This document shows, piece by piece, positions 54,894-63,264 of a stretch of 64,000 nucleotides of DNA (the stretch's first letter is position 1; each line of letters begins with the position of its first letter). The position numbers and the translations under genes were made by a program. The notes beneath the pieces are model-generated. The model saw only the letters and a program-made list of their open reading frames with translations. It had not been told where the DNA came from and did not search any database. Origin of the DNA: Oscillospiraceae bacterium (lineage in GTDB: Bacteria; Bacillota; Clostridia; Oscillospirales; Oscillospiraceae); assembly GCA_017547505.1 (NCBI GenBank), contig JAFYPO010000038.1:1-64000 (forward strand), written 5' to 3'.

Positions 54894-57056
54894 ATGAGCG
54901 AACCGAGACGAGTAGGACTTATGCAACTGCTAATGTCCAGTACTGGCTGCCAATTCGTAATTCCTGTGTATCAAAGAAATTATACTTGGAGCGCGGAGCG
55001 TGAGGTAAAGCAGTACCTCAATGACCTGGGCCGTGTTCTTAAACAGGAATACAAGAACCATTTCATGGGTATTTTGATATACCTCGAAAAATCCATCGAT
55101 TTCAGTACACGGGAACTTTCTGTGATCGACGGACAGCAGCGATTAACAACAACATTCTTGACCATTTATGCTATCCGTGAAATGTTCAAAAACAGCGGTG
55201 AACTTGACCGTGTGCAGCAGTTAGATGGTCAATATCTAACCAATCCTTACCACAAGGATAAAATTAAGTATAAACTGAAACCTCTTGTTGCGGATGATGA
55301 TGTGTATCGTTGCATTGTAGAGGATCGCCTGGCTGACAACGAGAACCAGCAGTCGCTGATTTATAAAAACTACATATACATCAGAAACCACCTCGAGGGC
55401 TTGGTAGCTAACGGATATACCGCCAATGACATTCTGCTTGCGCTGGACAAGCTGTATGTTGTATGCGTTCCAATTTCTGAAGAAGACAATGCACAGAAGA
55501 TTTTTGAGAGTATCAATGCTACCGGTGTGAAGCTGACCGCTGCCGATTTGATCAGAAACTTCCTTCTTATGAATTTGGACAGTGATACCCAAGATCAGTA
55601 TTATGCTCAATATTGGAGAAAAATTGAGGAGAACATTTCCACGGACTCCAAAGATCTTGAAATGTTTTTCCGTATGTATTTGGCTATCAAGACTTATACT
55701 TTGGTCCCCAAGAACGGTGTGTATCGCAGTTTCGTAGATTGGGTTGAAAGCAAAAAAGTCAGCACCGATGTACTGTTCAAGGAACTCCTCAATTACGCAA
55801 AAATATATCATTCTATAAACAATACCCCCGTAACAACCCTTGACAAGGCACTACGCGTGGCAATTACCGACTTCAGAAAAATTAAGTCGGACTTGCCGAT
55901 TTCCATTATTATCGAGTTTTATAGGTTGTATAATATCGGCAGCATCAAAGCTGATGTTTTGGGACAGCTTATCCAGGCAATCAATGCTTATTTGATTCGC
56001 AGGAATATCTGTGATATGGATTCCCAGAATATTTCCAAACTATTTCCTACCATTCTTCGCCGTGTCATGGAGAAGTGTAATGGCGACTATTCCGACATCG
56101 TTGCCGTATTAAACCAGGAGATGGTCGGCAATAACGCAGGTACCAGCGGTAGCTATATGCCTACAGACACCCAGATGCACGACGCTCTATTTAATGCGAA
56201 TGTATACGGACGCCCAACGCTTCGTATCATTTTGGACAGATTGGAATTGAGTGATAATCCCGCTCCCGTAGATCTTTCTACACTTAGTATCGAACACCTC
56301 ATGCCACAGACTCCTACAGAAGAGTGGTTGGAAGAACTAGATGTTGATGAAGAAACCTACATGGCCAATCTGCATCGTTTGGGTAACCTCACATTGGCTG
56401 CGAAACCAGACAATAGCAAAATGAGTAATCAGCTGTGGGACTATAAGAACGAAATTCTGAAGAGTACCGCTCATTTGAAGATGAATATGGAGTTGCTTTC
56501 TGTTCCGAAATGGACAATAAAGTGCATTGACGATCGTACAGGAACCCTCATTAAGCGTATTTGCGAGTTGTTCCCGTATCCGGAAGTTGATGTTTCCGCT
56601 ACTGCATCTGCCGGGGTAGTAGATGAGAGAACCGGACTGAAAGTAACGGTTGCCCATATGTTCTCTTCGGCTGAGGAGGTACGCAAAAACGGTGCATATA
56701 CTACTGACGCAGGCACTAAGGGTTATATCCTGCTGAGTTCCAAAATGTATCCCGAAGGCGATAAAGAGAAGTTCTGGTTTGGCTACAGATTAAATCGTTT
56801 CGATTTAATTGATCAATGCCAGGAGCAGTACTGTGTTTTGATCTGCAGAAATAAAACCACTCTGATTGTAAATTTGCCCCGTACCTTCTTGGATAGCGTT
56901 AGGGATAATTGCAACTCTTCTGTTGACGACGAAGGCAATGTTAGACATTATCACATCGTTATCCATAAGCACCCGGACGGTAAGGTAACCTTGTTGCTAT
57001 CAAAGCCTTACCTCAAGAAAATCGATATCAGCAACTACGTTGTAGCGGAAATATAA
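54894..57056 (+). CDS. GmrSD-type type IV restriction enzyme (DUF262 + DUF1524) with extra C-terminal domain
   Basis: P.YQR.Y.W, IDGQQRLTT, FESIN.TG..L...DL; EH.MPQ and LGNLTL...N HNH motifs. Confidence 0.9.
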   Translation: MSEPRRVGLMQLLMSSTGCQFVIPVYQRNYTWSAEREVKQYLNDLGRVLKQEYKNHFMGILIYLEKSIDFSTRELSVIDGQQRLTTTFLTIYAIREMFKNSGELDRVQQLDGQYLTNPYHKDKIKYKLKPLVADDDVYRCIVEDRLADNENQQSLIYKNYIYIRNHLEGLVANGYTANDILLALDKLYVVCVPISEEDNAQKIFESINATGVKLTAADLIRNFLLMNLDSDTQDQYYAQYWRKIEENISTDSKDLEMFFRMYLAIKTYTLVPKNGVYRSFVDWVESKKVSTDVLFKELLNYAKIYHSINNTPVTTLDKALRVAITDFRKIKSDLPISIIIEFYRLYNIGSIKADVLGQLIQAINAYLIRRNICDMDSQNISKLFPTILRRVMEKCNGDYSDIVAVLNQEMVGNNAGTSGSYMPTDTQMHDALFNANVYGRPTLRIILDRLELSDNPAPVDLSTLSIEHLMPQTPTEEWLEELDVDEETYMANLHRLGNLTLAAKPDNSKMSNQLWDYKNEILKSTAHLKMNMELLSVPKWTIKCIDDRTGTLIKRICELFPYPEVDVSATASAGVVDERTGLKVTVAHMFSSAEEVRKNGAYTTDAGTKGYILLSSKMYPEGDKEKFWFGYRLNRFDLIDQCQEQYCVLICRNKTTLIVNLPRTFLDSVRDNCNSSVDDEGNVRHYHIVIHKHPDGKVTLLLSKPYLKKIDISNYVVAEI

Positions 57057-57084
57057 GATAAATATGCGCGAGGGAGGTGTGTGC

Positions 57085-58722
57085 ATGGGCAGAAAGCTGA
57101 TCGAAGGTACTAACGATTTTGCATCTTGGTGTATTCAGAACGGCAAGGAAAGATTGTTGGCAGAATGGGATGCTGAGAATAATTCATGCACGCCCAACTC
57201 GAAAAGTTTCGGCAGCCATCACAAAGCAGCCTGGAAGTGCATCGAATGCGGGCACAGTTGGCAAGCTGTAATTAAAAGCAGAACACTTCTGAACGCAGGT
57301 TGTCCGAAATGCGGTTTTGCTAAGGTAAGCATTGCCCAAAGCCGACCGAAGGAACTGGCTGATGTCGAATCGTTCTGCAAAGAAAACCATCTTGAATGGC
57401 TACTAGCAGAGTGGGACAACGAAAACAATGAACTGAAGCCAAATGAAGTTTCTCGGTCATCAGCAAAGCACAAAGTGGCGTGGAAATGTTCGAAATGCGG
57501 TCACCGGTGGAAACTTTCCCCAAACAATCGCATAAAAGTATCTTCTGATGGGCGAATAAGCGCCAGCGAATGCCCACTGTGCATCAAAGAAAAGCAAACT
57601 TCATTTCCGGAGCAGGCTATCTACTACTATGTGGCACAGACATTTTCCGACGCTACAAACGGTGATGTTGAGACCATTGGGATGGAACTGGACATTTACA
57701 TACCTTCGATTATGACCGCTATAGAGTATGACGGCTATGCGTGGCATCGGGATACAAAGAAGGATATCCGCAAAAATGCGCTGTGTAAGAACAACGGCAT
57801 CAGATTGATCCGAGTGCGGGAAAATGGTTGTCCTACATTAGCGGATGATGAGAATTGCATGATAATAAACGCAATCCCTAATAACCGAGAGGATCTGTCT
57901 CGGGTGTTGGTGGATTTGTGTAATGTCCTAGGTTTTACCGCTGACATTAATTTGAATCGTGATGAGCCGTTAATCATGGCACTTTACCAGAAACAGAAAT
58001 ACGAGAATTCTATTGCCTATCTGTACCCGGATTTAGCAAAAGAGTTCCATCCCAGTAAAAACGGAACCCTCACTGCTGCGGATATCAACAAGAGCAGCGG
58101 CAGAAAAGTTTGGTGGAAGTGTTCTGTCTGCGATCACAATTGGCCAGCTGTTGTAAGTTCTCGTACCGCTGGACATGGCTGCCCGGCGTGTTCCGGAAGA
58201 GTGCTTGTTCCCGGCAAGAACGACCTTGAAACCTGGTGCAAGGAAACTGGCAATGAACAGATTTTGTTAGAATGGGACTATGAGGCAAACAAGCAGTCGC
58301 CAAGCGAAACTACAAAAAAGAGTCCTTACAGGGCTTCGTGGATATGCCGGAAATGCGGTGTCCCTTATACAGCACAGGTATATAACAGAACGAACGGATG
58401 CGGGTGTCCGGTATGTTCTGGCAAAAAAGTGCAACATGGTGTTAATGACTTTGAAACCTGGTGCCTCCAAAATGGAAAGGATAACATTCTTGCCGAATGG
58501 GACCCGGAGAACGAACTGCTACCCTCGCAAGTATCCCACGGTTCTGGAAAACGTATGCAGTTTATATGCCTTGTGTGCGGCCACCACTGGTCTGCAACAT
58601 TAGATAATCGCAAAAAGGGTAAAGGTTGCCCGCAGTGCGGAAACGAAAAGAGAGCGCAGTCTAACAGGCTTCGTGGCACCCAAAGAAAAAAGCCAATAGG
58701 AGAAGATGATTCAAATGAGTAA
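57085..58722 (+). CDS. Zinc-ribbon repeat (DUF4379-like, five copies) protein with central Vsr/DUF559-like nuclease domain
   Basis: Five EW/F...WxCxxC.H.W...R...CPxC units; S.PE, ELDIYIP...IEYDG..WH. Confidence 0.82.
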   Translation: MGRKLIEGTNDFASWCIQNGKERLLAEWDAENNSCTPNSKSFGSHHKAAWKCIECGHSWQAVIKSRTLLNAGCPKCGFAKVSIAQSRPKELADVESFCKENHLEWLLAEWDNENNELKPNEVSRSSAKHKVAWKCSKCGHRWKLSPNNRIKVSSDGRISASECPLCIKEKQTSFPEQAIYYYVAQTFSDATNGDVETIGMELDIYIPSIMTAIEYDGYAWHRDTKKDIRKNALCKNNGIRLIRVRENGCPTLADDENCMIINAIPNNREDLSRVLVDLCNVLGFTADINLNRDEPLIMALYQKQKYENSIAYLYPDLAKEFHPSKNGTLTAADINKSSGRKVWWKCSVCDHNWPAVVSSRTAGHGCPACSGRVLVPGKNDLETWCKETGNEQILLEWDYEANKQSPSETTKKSPYRASWICRKCGVPYTAQVYNRTNGCGCPVCSGKKVQHGVNDFETWCLQNGKDNILAEWDPENELLPSQVSHGSGKRMQFICLVCGHHWSATLDNRKKGKGCPQCGNEKRAQSNRLRGTQRKKPIGEDDSNE

Positions 58723-59248
58723 AATTACATTACTGAACGCATCCTGTGCTGACCAAACTGTCGACGCCGTCGTCAACGCCGCTAATAGCGGTTTGTGGGC
58801 TGGCGGTGGTATCTGTGGTGTCATCTTCAAAAAGGCCGGTATGCGCGCCCTGACAGCCGCCTGCAACAAGTACAAAACGCCGCTCAAGGATGGCTCTGCG
58901 GTTATCACTCCGGCATTTAACATGACCAATGCCAAGCATATCATCCACGCTGTTGGTCCCGACTTCAGCAGAACTCCGACAGCCTTCAAGGAATTGTTCG
59001 ATGCCTACTATAACTCTCTCTATGTGCTGATGAACAATGGTCTGCATAGCATTTCTTTCCCGCTGATCAGTTCCGGCATTTTCGGTGGCTCTCTGGATAA
59101 TCCTGTTGCCGAATCTACGAAGCAGTGCTGCCGAGCATATAAGGAATTCGTAGCAGACTATCCGAACTACGATGTGGATGTAAAGCTGTGCGCTTTCTCT
59201 GCCAAGGAAATGCAGGAAGCACAGAATGTTTTCGACAGTATGATTTGA
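58715..59248 (+). CDS. Macro-domain (ADP-ribose binding/hydrolase) protein
   Basis: DAVVNAAN..L..GGG....I...AG, IIHAVGP, FPLISSGIFG. Confidence 0.92.
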   Translation: MSKITLLNASCADQTVDAVVNAANSGLWAGGGICGVIFKKAGMRALTAACNKYKTPLKDGSAVITPAFNMTNAKHIIHAVGPDFSRTPTAFKELFDAYYNSLYVLMNNGLHSISFPLISSGIFGGSLDNPVAESTKQCCRAYKEFVADYPNYDVDVKLCAFSAKEMQEAQNVFDSMI

Positions 59249-59380
59249 GTGTTCGCCCTATTTGAACTATCATATTTTTCCTCTGTACATTCATATTTTT
59301 CTCACACTTTCAAATTATTCCTCGGTAGGGGGTTCATTTGAAAATCATAAAAATATATGATTTCCCCTGGAAAGCAAAAA

Positions 59381-59427
59381 AGTTCTGGCAGCAAGAGGCT
59401 CAATTTGAACCCCCTGTTGCCAGAACT
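59381..59427. repeat. 47-bp imperfect palindrome containing the AGGGGGTTCA motif
   Basis: 23-bp arms with 19 matches around T59404. Confidence 0.7.
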
Positions 59428-59463
59428 CTTTGATTTACAAGGCTTTTTAGTTAGGAAAAAAAT

Positions 59464-59503
59464 AAAAGTCCGAAACCATTTGTATCAATGGTTTCGGACT
59501 TTT
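59464..59503. repeat. 17-bp perfect hairpin at the right prophage end, containing the right att arm; possible bidirectional terminator
   Basis: AAAAGTCCGAAACCATT-TGTATC-AATGGTTTCGGACTTTT. Confidence 0.75.
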
Positions 59504-59504
59504 G

Positions 59505-59550
59505 TGGTCCGAGTGGGGAGATTCGAACTCCCGGCATCTTGAACCCAAAT
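59505..59550 (-). pseudogene. 3' half of tRNA-Pro(TGG), att-like duplicate
   Basis: TTTGGGT-TCAAG-ATGCC-GGGAG-TTCGAAT-CTCCC-CACTCGG-ACCA; no D-arm or 5' acceptor strand upstream. Confidence 0.8.
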
Positions 59551-59684
59551 GCAAGTGGGATACTTTTTCTGGTGCTATCCGGAATTTTTGGAGCCATCCA
59601 GTCCGGAAAATAATACTATTCGGCCACGTTTGAACCGCCCAATCCGCGGTAATCCGCCTGTGTCTATGGTCGGGAATGTGGTCA

Positions 59685-59722
59685 AAACCGCTTCCCAATC
59701 TTTGGGAGGCGGTTTGTTTTTG
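59685..59722 (+). terminator. Terminator-like hairpin
   Basis: AAACCGCTTCCCA/TGGGAGGCGGTTT plus T-run; no upstream gene identified. Confidence 0.5.
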
Positions 59723-60233
59723 TGTACAGGGACTCCGGAAGGCGGTTCGACGATTCCTTCCGGGGCGGGTGTGTAATATTTCTGTATGACATCACAATGG
59801 AACTACGTATCATCGGTATCGTTATCAAGACCGTCTCCCAGACTGTCCGTTGTAGCTCATTGCCGGCAGCTGGTGCCACGTCCGGAACGCCCAGTGTGGT
59901 TTTACCGCGATTGTAGCGTGGGATGCGGTGTTATACAAGTTATTTCTGGATCAAAATCTACAACGCAAAACAAAGAAAAGTAATTCTGGAACTCTATGGG
60001 ATACCTCTGCCAGTGCTTGTATGGAGAGAATCAAAGTGCTGGAAGCGGAAACGCAAAAGACGTCTGATCTGCAGCAGGGATATGCAGGCGGATGAACAGG
60101 ATTTATTGATTGATTGTTCTTGCGTTATGATGCGTATTATTGCGCTCGCCGATTAAAATAGGAAATTCTTGCTTTTTTGTCGGATTTGATCGATAAAACA
60201 CATGTTATTTGGCGTTTTATTGCCTTTGCCAAT

Positions 60234-60262
60234 TTGATTTTTGGAACCATTGGAAGTATAAT
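60234..60262 (+). promoter_or_regulatory. SigA promoter of the ABC operon
   Basis: TTGATT-17 bp-TATAAT, upstream of an AAGGAGG RBS. Confidence 0.65.
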
Positions 60263-60294
60263 ACCGACGCAAAATATTTAAGGAGGAAAATCCA

Positions 60295-62232
60295 ATGAAC
60301 AAGAAAATCATTGCGCTGCTTCTGGTTGCTGCAATGGCTCTGTCTCTGATTGCCTGCGGCAACACCGCTGCCAACAACGAGACCCAGGCCGAAAATGTCG
60401 CCATGCAGTACATCACCGCTGACGAAGCAAAGGAACTGCTGGAGAATGACGAGTACGTCTTCTTCGACATCCGTAAGGCTGCCGACTCTTCCGCAAACTC
60501 CATCCCCGGCGCTCTGGCTTATGACATGGACGCCGCCAAGGAAGGCGACGCCGAGGCCGGTAAGGCTACCATGACCGAGGCTACCAAGGGTCTGGACAAG
60601 AAGATCATCCTGGTCTGCTACTCCGGCAAGCGCTACGCCCAGGCTGCCACCAACGCCCTGTCCGCCATCGGCTACGACATGACCAAGGTTTACACCCTGG
60701 AGGGCGGCTTCACCAACTGGTCCGAAAAGCTGCCCGAGCTCACCACCGCAGGTGGTGCTGTTGAGGCACCCGAGGCTTCCACCGTCCGTACTGACCTGGT
60801 TCTGTATGAATCCGCTGACATCGACAGCCTGGATCCCATGGAGACCAAGACCGGTGCCGGCACCAAGCTGGCTGGTCTGCAGTACGAAGGCCTGATCAAG
60901 TACATGTACGAGCACACCGCTGACGGCGCTACCGTCAACACCGCAAAGCCCTGCCTGGCCGAGAGCTGGGAGTATGATGCTGAGAACATGACCGTCACCT
61001 TCTACCTGAAGAAGGGCGTCAAGTTCCACAACGGCGACGAGTTCACTGCTGAGGACGTTCTGTTCTCCTTTGAGCGCGCGCTGAACAGCTCCACCAAGCT
61101 GGCTCTGATGGCCGGCTACGAGTCCGCTGAGGCTATTGACGAGTACACCGTCGTCATGAAGCTCAATGCCCTGTCCTCTGCTTTCCAGTATAACATCTCC
61201 CAGATCCCCATGATGAACAAGTCCTTCGTGGAGGAGCACGGCGAGGAGTTCACTCTGGAGACCGTCTGCGGCACCGGCCCCTACATGCTGACCGAGCACC
61301 TGGAAGCTCAGAGCTTCACTATCTCCGCCTTTGAGGATTACCACGGCGGCGCTGCCGAGATCAAGACTGTCCGCTATGACATCCTGGCTGATACCGCTGC
61401 TGCCATGATGGCTTTTGAGGCCGGCAGCTTCGACTACTTCACCACTCTGGCTGAGGTTGACGTGGACCGTATCATCGCTTCCGGCGAGTGGAACGTTGTG
61501 GAGTACGAGGCTTCCTTCGCCCGCTCTGTCTACATGAACCTGACCAATGGCATTTTCGACAATGTCACTGTCCGCCAGGCTCTGGCTTACGCCACCAACA
61601 AGGAGAACATGGTTTCTCTGATCCAGAATGGCAAGGGCAACGTTGCCGATTCCTTCTTCCATCCCGAGATGATGGTCAACACCAGCGCTCCCGACACCAT
61701 CCTGAGCTACGACCTGGATAAGGCCAAGGCTCTGCTGGCTGAGGCTGGCTATCCCGAGGGCGAGGGCATCCCCACCCTGAAGCTGGTCACCATGGAGACC
61801 CACAAGGACTACGCTCTGGCCATCCAGCAGGACTACGCCGAGCTGGGTCTGGAAGTTGAGATCACCTTCCTGGATGCCAACACCTTCATGGCTGACATGG
61901 TCACCGGTAACTATGACCTGGCTGTCAACATCTGCAACCTGGGCAACATGGTCTATCCCTGGGGCCGTATCTTCGAGAGCCAGTACCTGGGCCAGACCAA
62001 CTTCGGTCTGATCAACGATGCCAAGATCGACGAGCTGTTCGCTCAGATCAACGTCACTCTGGACGATGAGACCCAGAAAGCTCTGATCCATGAGCTGATC
62101 AACTACATCACCGAGAACGTCATCTACCTGCCCCTGACCTACAGCGCCAACTTCGTGGCATTCAACCCTGATCTGGAGGTCTCCGTGCATCCCATGAGCG
62201 TTTCTCCCTACTACGTCCGCTGGACCAAGTAA
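60295..62232 (+). CDS. Lipoprotein: rhodanese domain fused to family 5 (Opp/Dpp) substrate-binding domain
   Basis: Lipobox LIAC; DIR, IPGA, VCYSGKR, L.GGF..W rhodanese; SLDP, LAESW, FHNG..FTAEDV.FS, GTGPY, VRQAL. Confidence 0.9.
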   Translation: MNKKIIALLLVAAMALSLIACGNTAANNETQAENVAMQYITADEAKELLENDEYVFFDIRKAADSSANSIPGALAYDMDAAKEGDAEAGKATMTEATKGLDKKIILVCYSGKRYAQAATNALSAIGYDMTKVYTLEGGFTNWSEKLPELTTAGGAVEAPEASTVRTDLVLYESADIDSLDPMETKTGAGTKLAGLQYEGLIKYMYEHTADGATVNTAKPCLAESWEYDAENMTVTFYLKKGVKFHNGDEFTAEDVLFSFERALNSSTKLALMAGYESAEAIDEYTVVMKLNALSSAFQYNISQIPMMNKSFVEEHGEEFTLETVCGTGPYMLTEHLEAQSFTISAFEDYHGGAAEIKTVRYDILADTAAAMMAFEAGSFDYFTTLAEVDVDRIIASGEWNVVEYEASFARSVYMNLTNGIFDNVTVRQALAYATNKENMVSLIQNGKGNVADSFFHPEMMVNTSAPDTILSYDLDKAKALLAEAGYPEGEGIPTLKLVTMETHKDYALAIQQDYAELGLEVEITFLDANTFMADMVTGNYDLAVNICNLGNMVYPWGRIFESQYLGQTNFGLINDAKIDELFAQINVTLDDETQKALIHELINYITENVIYLPLTYSANFVAFNPDLEVSVHPMSVSPYYVRWTK

Positions 62233-62310
62233 TCAAATCACCACTGCGGCGGGGCTACTACAGTCCCGCCGCTTCCGCCTATCCTGAAGGTCTCAAAGGG
62301 AGGCATTTTT

Positions 62311-63252
62311 ATGCTGAAATATCTGATAAAACGCACCCTGCTGATCATTCCGATCCTGCTTGCGGTGATCCTGATCGTGTTTACAATTCTGGAACTGACC
62401 CCCGGCACCCCGGGCCGTGTGCTTCTGGGCCCCGTTGCCACCCAGGAACAGGTGGACAAGCTGGATCAGGAGCTGGGTACGGACCGCCCGTTTTTTGAGC
62501 GGTATGTGGAATACATCAAAAATATCATCCTGCGCTTTGACTTTGGAACATCCTATCGGACCAAGAAGCCCGTTGTGAAAGAGCTGCTTGTCCGTTTTCC
62601 CTATACATTGAAGCTGGCCTTCGCGGCGGTGCTGGGTTCTTCCCTCATCGGCATTCCTATCGGTGTGCTGATGGCCGCCAAGCGGAATATGCTCATCGAC
62701 CGGAGCGTGAACATCCTGGCAATGATGTTCGCGGCTATTCCCGCCTTCGTACTGGCCCTGGGCATGATCTATCTCTTCGCGGTGAAGCTGGAGTGGCTGC
62801 CTCCCTATGGCGCGAAAACCTGGAAGCATTATATCCTCCCCATGGCCACCCTGATCCTGCCCTCCTCCGTAGGCCGGATGCGCCTGGCCCGCACCACCAT
62901 GCTGGAAGCCATCCGCCAGGAGTATATCACCATGGCCCGGAGCAAGGGCATCCCCGAAAACCGGGTGATTTTCGTCCACGCCCTGCGAAATGCCCTGATC
63001 CCGCTGATCACATCCATTCTGACCAGCTTCTCCGGTATGCTGGGCGGCACCATCATTCTGGAAAATATCTTCGGCTTCCCGGGCTTGGGCGCTTATATCA
63101 TCAACGGCATCAACACCAAGGACGCACCGACGGTTCTGGCTTCCACTACCTTCCTGGCGGCGGTTTTCTGCCTGACCTCCCTGGTGCTGGATATGATCTA
63201 TGCCTTTGTGGATCCCCGGGTGAAAGAACGGTTCAAATTGGCAGTGAAGTAA
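62311..63252 (+). CDS. oppB: Peptide/nickel ABC permease (OppB/DppB)
   Basis: PG.P, LG.D.P...RY, DFG.S, EY...ARSKG, HALRNA, E.IF..PG.G, DPR. Confidence 0.92.
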   Translation: MLKYLIKRTLLIIPILLAVILIVFTILELTPGTPGRVLLGPVATQEQVDKLDQELGTDRPFFERYVEYIKNIILRFDFGTSYRTKKPVVKELLVRFPYTLKLAFAAVLGSSLIGIPIGVLMAAKRNMLIDRSVNILAMMFAAIPAFVLALGMIYLFAVKLEWLPPYGAKTWKHYILPMATLILPSSVGRMRLARTTMLEAIRQEYITMARSKGIPENRVIFVHALRNALIPLITSILTSFSGMLGGTIILENIFGFPGLGAYIINGINTKDAPTVLASTTFLAAVFCLTSLVLDMIYAFVDPRVKERFKLAVK

Positions 63253-63264
63253 GGAGATGGCAGT

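Larger units (their letters stand above)
1271..59504. mobile_element. Prophage (siphovirus-like, HK97 head, triple serine-recombinase cassette) with defence cargo
   Basis: Full set of modules; boundaries from the 17-bp inverted repeat (1278-1294 / 59480-59496), the recombinase truncation point and the tRNA 3' end; exact crossover bases uncertain. Confidence 0.85.

Noticed and set aside
59505-59580. Intact tRNA-Pro gene
   Set aside because: No D-arm or 5' acceptor strand; only the 3' half is present
59549-60156. Short ORFs between the tRNA fragment and the ABC promoter
   Set aside because: No convincing RBS or motif; probably non-coding island-end sequence
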